Assembly (NCBI GenBank): GCA_024655825.1
Contig: JANLFJ010000008.1
Span: forward strand, 8,185-72,184
Reading direction: 5' to 3'
From: Peptococcaceae bacterium
Lineage (GTDB): Bacteria > Bacillota > Peptococcia > DRI-13 > PHAD01
DNA length: 64,000 bases
Below are positions 55,875-64,000 of the stretch, one piece after another (the stretch's first letter is position 1; each line of letters begins with the position of its first letter). Below the pieces are notes generated by a model. The model saw only the letters and a list, made by a program, of their open reading frames with translations. It was not told the DNA's origin and ran no database searches. The position numbers and the translations under genes are program-made.

Positions 55875-57059
55875 TCAAGCGCAGGAGTACTGCAGACAGC
55901 GGTCGGGCGACAGTTCGCTTATGTCGTGAGGCAGCGTTTCCGAATCGAGCATAAGGGCGATCAGTTTGCCGGTAATAGGGGCCAGGGCTATCCCGTCGCC
56001 TTCATGCCCTGCTGCCATGTAAAAGCCGGGGTACCTGGAAACAGGGCCGATAAAGGGTTTGCCGTCGTCGGAGGCCGGACGCAGCCCGGCAAAGGTGCGG
56101 ATTATGTGCACGTTTTTAAGAATCGGGAAAAAGCGGGCGGCTTCCCCTATTACGAGCCGGATGGCCTCGCAGCTCGTGGTGTTGTCATACCCGGCGTATT
56201 CCCTGGTGCCGCCAATAAAATAGTTGCCTTCACCGGTCTGGGAAACCGCCAGCCCGATGCCCAGGTCGTTCAAGATCTGCCTGCGGCTTTTGGCCAGGGA
56301 GGGATAGAGTTTCATGACAATATAGTCGGCGTTCCAGAAATTCGTTTTGCCAAGGCGGGGGATCTGCTCCGTCACTGCGATTTGCCCGCGCTTCGGCCGG
56401 ATAGGGATGTCAATGCCCAGCTGGCCGGCCAATTCGCCCGCCCATGCACCTGCTGCGTTGATGACCGATTCGGAGTAAAAACGCTGGCCGTCTTCGCAAA
56501 CGACCTTCCAGTTATAATCGCTGATAAACTCAATTGATTGCACTTTGGAACCCTTTTTGATTTTAAGGCCCCTGTCTTGAGCCGCGGCGGCAAACGCCCT
56601 CATGGTTTTGAGGGGGTTTACCTGGGAGTCCAGGGGGCTGTATGTAGATGCCAGGACGTGGGGGCTTACGTGGGGATGAAGTTTTTTCATTTCCTTTTTG
56701 TCCAGGAAAGTTACATCCAGGCCGCAGCTGTGCTGCTGGTTGACGAAATCCTCCATGATGGGCAGCTGTTCCTGGGTTTCGATGAAAATCATCCCACCTG
56801 CGTTTTCCAGGTCGATTTCCAGGGGGAGGTCTTTTTCCAGGCGGCGATAATGCTCAAGGCTCTCTAAGGCCAGGGTGAGGAGTATGCCGGGCCTTTTGGA
56901 CTGCAGGAGGATCTGGTCGTCACATGCTCCCGAAGCGCCCGAGCCGAACTCTTTTTTTTCGATAAGCAGAACTTTCCTTGGGCTGGCGGTCAGGTAATAG
57001 GCAGTTGAAAGGCCGATTATGCCGCCGCCGACTATTATTGCGTCATATTTTTCTTGCAT
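55875..57059 (-). CDS. FAD-dependent oxidoreductase, DAO family (beta-subunit type of proline/sarcosine/opine/D-hydroxyproline dehydrogenases)
   Basis: YDAIIVGGGIIGLSTAYYL dinucleotide fold. Start at the ATG after GGAGGT. Confidence 0.85.
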   Translation of the reverse strand: MQEKYDAIIVGGGIIGLSTAYYLTASPRKVLLIEKKEFGSGASGACDDQILLQSKRPGILLTLALESLEHYRRLEKDLPLEIDLENAGGMIFIETQEQLPIMEDFVNQQHSCGLDVTFLDKKEMKKLHPHVSPHVLASTYSPLDSQVNPLKTMRAFAAAAQDRGLKIKKGSKVQSIEFISDYNWKVVCEDGQRFYSESVINAAGAWAGELAGQLGIDIPIRPKRGQIAVTEQIPRLGKTNFWNADYIVMKLYPSLAKSRRQILNDLGIGLAVSQTGEGNYFIGGTREYAGYDNTTSCEAIRLVIGEAARFFPILKNVHIIRTFAGLRPASDDGKPFIGPVSRYPGFYMAAGHEGDGIALAPITGKLIALMLDSETLPHDISELSPDRCLQYSCA

Positions 57060-57365
57060 GCTGATACCTCCGGGCTTTCCTTTCGCCTGCTCATCATATA
57101 GTGAGGAGCTGTTATGAATAGCATACCATAAATTTTGAAAAGAAAACAAGGTATTTTTAAAAAAATTTCATGGTAAATTTAATTTTAACAATGTAAATAA
57201 TTGTCAACTCAGCACTTTTGAATAATTTAATATAAGCAATTTGCAAAAAAATTTATAATTAATAAAGATGTTTATTGACCCCGCGGCTGGAAAAAAGATA
57301 TAATGGACTAAAAGAGCTGCTCACCCCATGATGAGCAGTAATGGTGGGGAAGGAGGAAATGCCTG

Positions 57366-57635
57366 ATGCAGGAAGGACCCAAAAATTACATTTGCCGCTG
57401 CGAAGAAGTAACGAGGGAAGAAATTGAAGAGGCCATCAAAAACGGCGCCACGACAATGAATGAAGTTAAACGCTGGTCCAGGGCGGGCATGGGATTATGC
57501 CAGGGAAAAATCTGTTCCCGGAACGTGTCCCGTATTGTCAGCGAAGCGACCGGCAAAAAGCCGGAGGAGGTGCTGCCGTCCACTGTTCGCCAGCCGGTTC
57601 GCCCGGTAAGGATAGATGTAATCACTAAGGAATAA
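57366..57635 (+). CDS. BFD-like [2Fe-2S]-binding small protein
   Basis: CRCEEVT...GLCQGKIC four-Cys pattern of the Fer2_BFD family. Confidence 0.75.
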   Translation: MQEGPKNYICRCEEVTREEIEEAIKNGATTMNEVKRWSRAGMGLCQGKICSRNVSRIVSEATGKKPEEVLPSTVRQPVRPVRIDVITKE

Positions 57636-57669
57636 GGAAAGATGACAATCTATTGTGGAGGTGTTGGGA

Positions 57670-58557
57670 GTGCAGGACTGGGGCCGATTGATAACGGCAA
57701 TGGCTACGCCGTTTGACAGGGAAGGCAAGCTTAACTTGGCCGGGGCCGCTGAACTGGCGAAAAGGCTTGCCGGCGAGGGAACCACGGCAGTGGTACTGGC
57801 GGGTACCACGGGAGAAAGCCCTACCCTGTCGGACGATGAAAAACTCGCTCTATTTGAAACGGTAAAAAGGAATGTGGGTATCCCGGTAATAGCCAACGTG
57901 GGGAGCAACAACACGGAAAAGTCCGCCCTGCTGGCCCAAAAGGCGAAAGAAACGGGCATCGACGGGATTATGGCGGTTGTTCCCTATTACAATAAGCCCA
58001 ACCGGGAGGGGATTTACCAGCATTTTAAAACGATTGCCCAGGCCGCTCAGTTACCGCTGATGGTTTACAACGTACCCGGGCGAACCGCACTGAACCTGGA
58101 CGCGGAAACAATTCTAAGAATTGCCAAAATACCTTTTGTCCATTCCATCAAGGAAGCCACTGAAGACTTTGGCAAGATTTCCAGGGTTATAAGGGAAGCA
58201 CCTCCCCACTTCAAGGTGTATACGGGCGAAGACCACCTTACTTTGCCAATCCTGGCTATCGGCGGGTACGGGGTGGTGAGCGTGGCCGCGCATGTCGCGG
58301 GAAGGCAAATGAAAGCAATGATCGAGAACTACCTGGCGGGACGGGTGGAGAAAGCAAAAGAACTGCACCTCGCTCTTACGCCGGTTTACGAGAGCCTTTT
58401 TTTGACGGCAAATCCCATTCCCTTAAAAAGCGCTCTAAGGCTGTGCGGTTTTGACGCGGGTTCCCTGCGGCTCCCGCTGGTGGAAGCGTCCGGGGAAATA
58501 GTGGCCAGGCTGAAAGCGGATCTGCAAAATTTATCGCTGGTTGAAGGGAAGGATTAA
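57670..58557 (+). CDS. dapA: 4-hydroxy-tetrahydrodipicolinate synthase (DHDPS/NAL family; residues point to a true DapA)
   Basis: GTTGES, PYYNKP, YNVPGRT (retains the Arg that binds aspartate semialdehyde in E. coli DapA), Schiff-base Lys in SIKEAT, NPIPLK and LRLPL. GTG start after GGAGGT. Confidence 0.75.
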   Translation: MQDWGRLITAMATPFDREGKLNLAGAAELAKRLAGEGTTAVVLAGTTGESPTLSDDEKLALFETVKRNVGIPVIANVGSNNTEKSALLAQKAKETGIDGIMAVVPYYNKPNREGIYQHFKTIAQAAQLPLMVYNVPGRTALNLDAETILRIAKIPFVHSIKEATEDFGKISRVIREAPPHFKVYTGEDHLTLPILAIGGYGVVSVAAHVAGRQMKAMIENYLAGRVEKAKELHLALTPVYESLFLTANPIPLKSALRLCGFDAGSLRLPLVEASGEIVARLKADLQNLSLVEGKD

Positions 58558-58558
58558 G

Positions 58559-58894
58559 ATGGGACGGGTTGAACATCACATTATCCTTGGGGACGCCCCG
58601 GAGCGAAAAAAAGTGACGATCTTTGTCGACGGCGACCCGCTGGAAGCTTACGAAGGAGAAGTGATTGCGGCGGCGCTGTGGGCCCACGGCAAGAAAACAC
58701 TGCGTTATACAAAAAAGGACAACAGGCCGAGGGGAATATACTGCGGCATCGGGCGCTGCACCGACTGCGTGATGATTGTTGACGGCGTTCCCAATGTGCG
58801 CACCTGCGTTACACCGGTGCGCGACGGGATGGTTATTCAAACCCAGAAAGGGTTGGGCCAGTGGAAAGAAGGTGGCGGCAGTGAAAACGACTGA
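58559..58894 (+). CDS. [2Fe-2S]-binding protein (Fer2_4 type, as in the N-terminus of sarcosine oxidase alpha / HcnA / OoxA)
   Basis: CGIGRCTDCVMIVDGVPNVRTC Cys cluster. Starts 1 nt after the dapA stop. Confidence 0.7.
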   Translation: MGRVEHHIILGDAPERKKVTIFVDGDPLEAYEGEVIAAALWAHGKKTLRYTKKDNRPRGIYCGIGRCTDCVMIVDGVPNVRTCVTPVRDGMVIQTQKGLGQWKEGGGSEND

Positions 58895-59993
58895 GATAGT
58901 GGTTGCCGGCGGCGGGCCGGCAGGGCTGTCGGCGGCGATAGAAGGGGCGCGCCTTGGCGCCAAGGTGCTCGTCATTGATGAGAATTCGCGGCCCGGCGGG
59001 CAGCTTTTTAAGCAAATCCATAAGTTTTTCGGTTCCCGTGAGCACCAGGCCGGCGTGCGGGGACTGGACATCGGCCAAAAACTGCTGGAGCAGACGGAAG
59101 CGCTGGGCATTGAAGTATGGCTGAACTCCGAGGCTGTCGGCATAGACAAAGATAAAAAGGTCTGGGTTATACAAAACGGTAAAAATTCGCTGGAGGTGAG
59201 AGGAGAAAGGATAATCCTTTCCACCGGCGCGGTCGAGAACTCTCTCACCTTTCCGGGATGGACATTGCCCGGGGTGATGGGGGCAGGAGCGGCGCAGACG
59301 ATGATCAACATCCACCGGGTTAAGCCCGGGAAAAGGATCCTGATGATCGGTTCGGGAAACGTTGGAGTTATTGTTTCTTACCAGCTGATGCAAGCCGGCG
59401 CCGAGGTCGTCGCCATCATCGAGGCCGCTCCCCGGCTGGGCGGATATGGAGTCCATACGGCCAAAGTCCGCAGGGCGGGGGTGCCATTTTACACTTCCCA
59501 TACCGTCAAGCGGGCCCTGGGCAAAGATAAGGTCGAAGGAGCCGAGATAGTGGCCCTTGATGATAAATGGAACCCTGTTCCCGGCACGGAGAAAACGCTT
59601 GATGTTGATACCATCTGCGTGGCCACCGGTCTTACGCCTCTTACCGAACTGGCCTGGTTTTTGGGCTGCCGTTTCCATTACATTCCATCGCTGGGCGGGT
59701 TTGTGCCTGATCACAACGAGTTTATGGAGACGAACATTCCGGGGATTTATGTCGCCGGGGACATCGCCGGGGTGGAGGAAGCCAGCACGGCAATGGAAGA
59801 AGGGCGCCTGGCGGGGATCGGAGCTGCCGCTTCCCTGGGATACCTGGAGCCTGGCGCTTTAAAAGAAGAGGCGCAAAAGGTATGGGACAGGCTGAATTCC
59901 TTGAGAAGCGGGCCGTTTGGCGAAGGGCGCCGCAAAGCCAAAGAAGTCATACTGCATCGGGAAGGGGAGATCGTCAATGCCGGGGCATTCTGA
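58881..59993 (+). CDS. FAD/NAD(P)-binding pyridine-nucleotide-disulfide-type oxidoreductase (alpha-subunit type)
   Basis: Two dinucleotide folds (VVAGGGPAGLSAA and MIGSGNVGV) and GDIAG. GTG start overlapping the upstream gene. Confidence 0.8.
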   Translation: MKTTEIVVAGGGPAGLSAAIEGARLGAKVLVIDENSRPGGQLFKQIHKFFGSREHQAGVRGLDIGQKLLEQTEALGIEVWLNSEAVGIDKDKKVWVIQNGKNSLEVRGERIILSTGAVENSLTFPGWTLPGVMGAGAAQTMINIHRVKPGKRILMIGSGNVGVIVSYQLMQAGAEVVAIIEAAPRLGGYGVHTAKVRRAGVPFYTSHTVKRALGKDKVEGAEIVALDDKWNPVPGTEKTLDVDTICVATGLTPLTELAWFLGCRFHYIPSLGGFVPDHNEFMETNIPGIYVAGDIAGVEEASTAMEEGRLAGIGAAASLGYLEPGALKEEAQKVWDRLNSLRSGPFGEGRRKAKEVILHREGEIVNAGAF

Positions 59994-60492
59994 GCATGCG
60001 GGCGTTAAACTGTCAGGCGCTCCTAACCGTGAAGAACTTAGAAACAGTCCGGGCTATCCCCCGGAGGGACTTTGGGGGAAAGGGCCCCTGGCCTTTATCG
60101 AATGCGTGGAAGAAATACCGTGCAATCCTTGCGAGACCTCCTGCCCGCAGGGAGCAATAAAAGTGGGGAAACCCATCACCAACTTGCCGGTGCTTGACGG
60201 GAACAAGTGCCTGGGCTGCGGCGCGTGCATCGCGGCCTGCCCCGGTTTGGCCATCTACGTGAAGGATTACACCTTTAGCGAGACGGAAGCGTTGATCACC
60301 TTTCCATTTGAGTACTGGCCCCTTCCTGAAAAAGGGCGGCAGGTCGTGCTGGTGGACGAAATGGGTGAACCTGTTTGCCGCGGCGAGGTGTTAAGGGTGG
60401 TCGATATTCCTAAAAATAACCGGACGCCGTTGATAACGGTCAAGTATCCAAAGGAATTTTTCGAGGAAGTAAAGTCCATGCAAAGACTGTAA
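59977..60492 (+). CDS. 4Fe-4S ferredoxin-domain protein
   Basis: CNPCETSCP and CLGCGACIAACP cluster motifs. Overlaps the upstream stop. Confidence 0.7.
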   Translation: MPGHSEHAGVKLSGAPNREELRNSPGYPPEGLWGKGPLAFIECVEEIPCNPCETSCPQGAIKVGKPITNLPVLDGNKCLGCGACIAACPGLAIYVKDYTFSETEALITFPFEYWPLPEKGRQVVLVDEMGEPVCRGEVLRVVDIPKNNRTPLITVKYPKEFFEEVKSMQRL

Positions 60493-60538
60493 AACAGTTT
60501 ATACCCAAAGATAAGAAGCAGCGAGGGAGGAAGAAGGT

Positions 60539-61564
60539 ATGAGGAAATACAGGGTAGGTGTGGTCGGAGCCATGGGGGCCGTGGGTACCCAGATGCTGGC
60601 CACGCTCGAAAAGTCCAGTTTGCCTGTAGAACAGGTTGTGCCGCTGGATGTTAAAGAGAACGAAGGCAAAACGGTAGTTTTCCGCGGGACGCGGCTGACA
60701 GTCAAAACTGCGGAGAAAGGGGCATTTAAAGGCCTTGACGTTGCCCTGTTCTCGGCGGGAGAAAAAGCCAGCGAGGTCCTGTCGCCCATTGCCGTTGAAG
60801 AAGGCGCGGTGGTGATCGACAACAGCAACGCCTTTCGCCTGGACCCAGACGTGCCGCTGGTCGTGCCGGAAGTCAATCCCGGCGCCGCCAGGGAACACCG
60901 CGGCCTGATTGCCAACCCCAACTGTTCGACTATTCAAATGGTTGTGGCCTTGAAGCCGCTGCATGACAGGTTTAAAATCAAAAGAGTGGTTGTCGCCACG
61001 TACCAGGCGGTCTCCGGAACCGGGCTGCCGGCTATTGAGGAGATAAACAGGCAGTTTAGGGAATATGTGGAAGGCAGGGAATTGACTTGCCGGGTGTACC
61101 CGTATCCCATCGCCTTCAATGCCCTCCCGCAGATTGATATATTCATGGAAAACGGCTACAGCAAAGAGGAAATGAAAATGTACAACGAAACAAAAAAGAT
61201 TATGGGAGATAACGACATCCAGGTCACGGCCACGGCGGTCAGGATACCGGTGATTCGCTGCCATTCCGAAGCTGTCAACGTGGAAACGGAAAAACCCCTG
61301 CCGGAAATAGAGGAAATAAGGGCGATCCTTTCTTCCGCCCCCGGCGTCAAGGTGTTGGACGACCCGCAGAACAAGGTCTACCCCATGCCCTATTATTGCC
61401 GGGACACCGACAAGGTCTTTGTCGGAAGGCTCCGCAAGGACTTTACCATCGCCAACGGCCTTAACATGTGGGTGGTGGCGGACAACCTGCTGAAAGGAGC
61501 GGCCCTCAATGCCGTGCAGATAGCCGAGATCCTGGTGAAAAACGACTGGCTAAAGAGGCGGTAA
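60539..61564 (+). CDS. asd: Aspartate-semialdehyde dehydrogenase, copy 1
   Basis: VVGAMGAVG, catalytic NPNCSTI, and the RCHSEAV His motif. 341 aa. Confidence 0.9.
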   Translation: MRKYRVGVVGAMGAVGTQMLATLEKSSLPVEQVVPLDVKENEGKTVVFRGTRLTVKTAEKGAFKGLDVALFSAGEKASEVLSPIAVEEGAVVIDNSNAFRLDPDVPLVVPEVNPGAAREHRGLIANPNCSTIQMVVALKPLHDRFKIKRVVVATYQAVSGTGLPAIEEINRQFREYVEGRELTCRVYPYPIAFNALPQIDIFMENGYSKEEMKMYNETKKIMGDNDIQVTATAVRIPVIRCHSEAVNVETEKPLPEIEEIRAILSSAPGVKVLDDPQNKVYPMPYYCRDTDKVFVGRLRKDFTIANGLNMWVVADNLLKGAALNAVQIAEILVKNDWLKRR

Positions 61565-61578
61565 AATCTATTTTTTTG

Positions 61579-61608
61579 TTGACAAAACAGGTGTTGGCGG
61601 CATAAAAT
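61579..61608 (+). promoter_or_regulatory. Candidate sigma-A promoter of the lysine riboswitch leader
   Basis: TTGACA-18 nt-TAAAAT. Confidence 0.45.
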
Positions 61609-61647
61609 AGACTAAAAATCAGATATGCAATTACCTCACTCACTGGA

Positions 61648-61824
61648 GTGGGGTAGGGGTCGCGAAGGCCAAGAGTATTCCGGGGAGCGTGGTGGCTGTG
61701 AACCGGACGAAAGGGGCATTCGCCGAAGTGCGGCGTGCAACCGGTGCGCCGTGCTGGGACTGTATTTAACAAATACAGGACTGTCACCCGGCTTAGCCCA
61801 GGGCCGGGTGGAGCACTATCTCAC
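61648..61824 (+). promoter_or_regulatory. Lysine riboswitch (L-box)
   Basis: Conserved L-box blocks in the right order: AGAGTA, GGGGAGC, GCCGAAG, CTGGGAC, ACTGTCAC and GTGGAGCACTATC. P1 pairs GTGGGGTAGGGGTC with GAGCACTATCTCAC. The 77-aa track ORF at this position is spurious. Confidence 0.8.
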
Positions 61825-61952
61825 GGAGGGCGAAGAGAGGGGGGTATCTATAGCTTGAAGCAGCTAGGGGTAACGCCTCTGGCTGTATTTTATTTCTCGT
61901 GACTACTCATCGATGAGCTGCAAAAAATACTGTTTTTTGTTTGACTTTTTTA

Positions 61953-61980
61953 TTGACTTAACTCCAAAAAGTAGTATAAT
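61953..61980 (+). promoter_or_regulatory. Near-consensus sigma-A promoter between the riboswitch and asd copy 2
   Basis: TTGACT-16 nt-TATAAT. A second TTGACT lies 12 nt upstream. Confidence 0.45.
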
Positions 61981-62066
61981 ACGTACTATATAGTCTACCG
62001 AACGTAGATAAATGTACACCACACGCAGACAAAATTGTATGCAAATTTACAGAAAGGGTGTTGGCG

Positions 62067-63107
62067 ATGAAACAGTACAGAGTGGCGGTAGTGGGACTGG
62101 GCGCTGTGGGAAGAGAGATGATTGCTACCCTCGAAAAGTCTGCGCTGCCTATATGTGAACTCGTACCCCTGGTGAGAAGGAATGAAGGGGAAAAGATCGG
62201 TTTCCGGGGTGAAACGTGCGTTTCCAGGCTGGTTCAGAAAGGTTGCTTCAAGGATATAGATTTTGCCCTGTTTTCCGCCGGCGAGCAGGCGAGCCGCGAA
62301 CTGGCCCCGCTTGCCCTGGATGAAGGGGCGGTGGTCGTCGATAACAGCAACGCCTTTAGGATGGAACCGGACGTCCCCCTGGTTGTGCCGGAAGTCAATC
62401 CCCTTGAGGCCAAAAAACACCGCGGCCTGATTGCCAATCCAAACTGTTCGACCATCCAGATGGTTGTGGCGTTGAAACCGCTTCACGACCGCTTCAAGAT
62501 AAAAAGGGTCGTTGTTTCCACTTACCAGTCCGTTTCCGGAACCGGCCTGCAGGCCATCGACGAGTTGAACGGGCAGGTCCAGGCCTATGTCGCCGGCCGC
62601 GAACTGGCTCGCGAGGTGTATCCCCACCAGATCGCCTTCAATGTGCTGCCGCACATCGATGTTTTCATGGAAAACGGCTATACCAAAGAAGAGATGAAGA
62701 TGCATAACGAGACCAGGAAGATCCTGGGCGACAGCGACATCCGGGTTACGGCCACAACAGTGCGCGTTCCCGTGGTCCGCTGCCATTCGGAAGCGGTCAA
62801 TATCGAAACGGAAAAGCCGCTGCCGGACGTGGAAGAGATAAGGAATATACTGGCCAATGCGCCGGGGGTCGTTGTTGTCGATGATGTGGCCAACAATCTC
62901 TACCCGCTGGCTATTGACTGCCAGTACAGGTACGAAGTTTTCGTGGGCCGCATCCGCAAAGACTACACCGTGGCCAACGGTCTCAACATGTGGATAGTGG
63001 CGGACAACCTGCTGAAAGGCGCCGCTCTCAATGCCGTGCAGATTGTGGAGCTCCTGGTTGCCAGGAACTGGGCGGCGGCGGGACGCCAAAAGATGTTAGC
63101 CGTGTAA
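62067..63107 (+). CDS. asd: Aspartate-semialdehyde dehydrogenase, copy 2
   Basis: Same motifs as copy 1 (NPNCSTI, RCHSEAV). Start at MKQYRV after AAAGGGTG. Confidence 0.9.
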   Translation: MKQYRVAVVGLGAVGREMIATLEKSALPICELVPLVRRNEGEKIGFRGETCVSRLVQKGCFKDIDFALFSAGEQASRELAPLALDEGAVVVDNSNAFRMEPDVPLVVPEVNPLEAKKHRGLIANPNCSTIQMVVALKPLHDRFKIKRVVVSTYQSVSGTGLQAIDELNGQVQAYVAGRELAREVYPHQIAFNVLPHIDVFMENGYTKEEMKMHNETRKILGDSDIRVTATTVRVPVVRCHSEAVNIETEKPLPDVEEIRNILANAPGVVVVDDVANNLYPLAIDCQYRYEVFVGRIRKDYTVANGLNMWIVADNLLKGAALNAVQIVELLVARNWAAAGRQKMLAV

Positions 63108-63211
63108 AGTTCAAAAGTTCCCGCTCCGAAGTGCTGTTCATTTTCCCCGATCATTGATAAAATATCTTTATATGCATAATGTATTAAGGAATTATAGAAA
63201 GGAGCGGGAAA

Positions 63212-64000
63212 ATGCCCATACTGGTGCAAAAGTTTGGCGGCACTTCAGTGAATACACCGCAAAAGCGTGATCAGGTCCTGGAAAAGGTTACTGCGGCGAA
63301 GGATAAAGGCTACGATGTGGTGGTGGTCGTTTCCGCCATGGGCAGGAAAGGAGAGCCGTACGCCACCGATACTTTTCTGGGCTTGCTGGAAGAAGTGGGA
63401 CCTGGTTCGAGTCCAAGGACGAAAGACCTGCTGGCTTCATGCGGCGAGATAATTTCCACCTGTCTTGTCGCTCACGCCCTTGAACAAAAGGGATACAAGG
63501 CCTGTCCCCTGACAGGGTTCCAGGCCGGGATCGGCACAAATGACAGTTTTACCAATGCTGAAATCATGAAAGTTAACGCCGGGAGGATACATAAAGAGCT
63601 GTCCGGCGGGAAAATAGCGGTTGTCGCAGGGTTCCAAGGCATTACGGAAGACGGCGATATAACCACCCTGGGCAGGGGCGGCAGCGACACGACGGCGCTC
63701 GCTTTGGGCGGCGCCCTGGGAGCGGAAATGGTGGAAATCTATACCGATGTGCCGGGGATTGCGTTTACCGACCCGCGCTTGCTTCCGGAAGCCCCCTACC
63801 TTAAGAGCATAGATTTTTACCCCATGCATATCCTGGCCCGTGCCGGGGCTAAAGTGATCCATCCCCGCGCGGTCAAGGCGGCCATTAATTTCAAGATGCC
63901 TTTTTTGGTGAAATCGACTTTCACCGACGAACCGGGTACCCTGATCGGCCAGAAAGGAGAGAATTTTGGCGGGCTGTACGGGATAGCCCTGACTAAAAAT
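63212..64000 (+). CDS. lysC: Aspartate kinase, N-terminal 263 codons (runs off the window); not in the ORF track
   Basis: Manual translation is open to the end of the window: MPILVQKFGGTSV...VVVVVSAMG...LGRGGSDTTA...EIYTDVPG. RBS AAAGGAG. Confidence 0.9.
   Translation, partial: MPILVQKFGGTSVNTPQKRDQVLEKVTAAKDKGYDVVVVVSAMGRKGEPYATDTFLGLLEEVGPGSSPRTKDLLASCGEIISTCLVAHALEQKGYKACPLTGFQAGIGTNDSFTNAEIMKVNAGRIHKELSGGKIAVVAGFQGITEDGDITTLGRGGSDTTALALGGALGAEMVEIYTDVPGIAFTDPRLLPEAPYLKSIDFYPMHILARAGAKVIHPRAVKAAINFKMPFLVKSTFTDEPGTLIGQKGENFGGLYGIALTKN

Noticed and set aside
58376-59714. 311-aa and 293-aa minus-strand ORFs opposite dapA, the 2Fe-2S gene and the FAD oxidoreductase gene
   Set aside because: They overlap well-supported plus-strand genes that are translationally coupled. 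Their sequences are low-complexity.
61625-61858. 77-aa ORF in the asd1-asd2 intergenic region
   Set aside because: It coincides exactly with the lysine riboswitch aptamer. It has no RBS, and the conserved L-box blocks explain the sequence.
60440-63089. 274-aa (60440..61264) and 364-aa (61995..63089) minus-strand ORFs opposite the two asd genes
   Set aside because: Both are mirror images of asd. The two shadow ORFs resemble each other only because the asd paralogs do.
1-64000. CRISPR arrays, tRNA/rRNA genes, IS elements, integrases, prophage or toxin-antitoxin modules
   Set aside because: I found no regularly spaced direct repeats, no cloverleaf-like or rRNA-like segments in the intergenic regions, and no transposase or integrase-like ORFs in any frame of the track.

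Overview
The window is a chromosomal segment from a high-GC, spore-forming Firmicute, probably a Peptococcaceae or Desulfotomaculum-like Clostridia; that taxonomic guess is inference. I found no rRNA, tRNA, CRISPR array, transposase or integrase. The genes, in order: proC (3' end), an MFS transporter, trxB, a two-component HK/RR pair, sbcDC, a cluster of small uncharacterised proteins, trmB and an rsmF-like gene. Next is a long, translationally coupled operon (ModE-like HTH, DUF364, NMT1/SsuA-type ABC importer, YqeC, MocA, XdhC, YqeB, MoeA-like). That gene set is the maturation machinery for selenium-dependent molybdenum hydroxylases. It is followed by a sigma-54 activator whose target promoter drives an aminotransferase-cupin-TtcA operon, a YtrA-type GntR/ABC module, two-subunit class I fumarase plus malic enzyme, and a short AT-rich island with two lipoprotein genes. 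After that come a dnaK/dnaJ-like/clpB operon carrying a CtsR box, a PPi-type PFK, znuACB-zur, an M23 peptidase, a DUF815 ATPase and a TAXI-TRAP transporter. The window ends with the most unusual locus: a proline-dehydrogenase/opine-oxidase-type flavin/Fe-S gene set with a canonical-looking dapA and an asd copy packed inside it, followed by a lysine riboswitch, a second asd and lysC. Many long antisense ORFs in the track are GC-composition artefacts and were rejected. All functional calls rest on motifs and on family resemblance recognised by eye; no searches were run.
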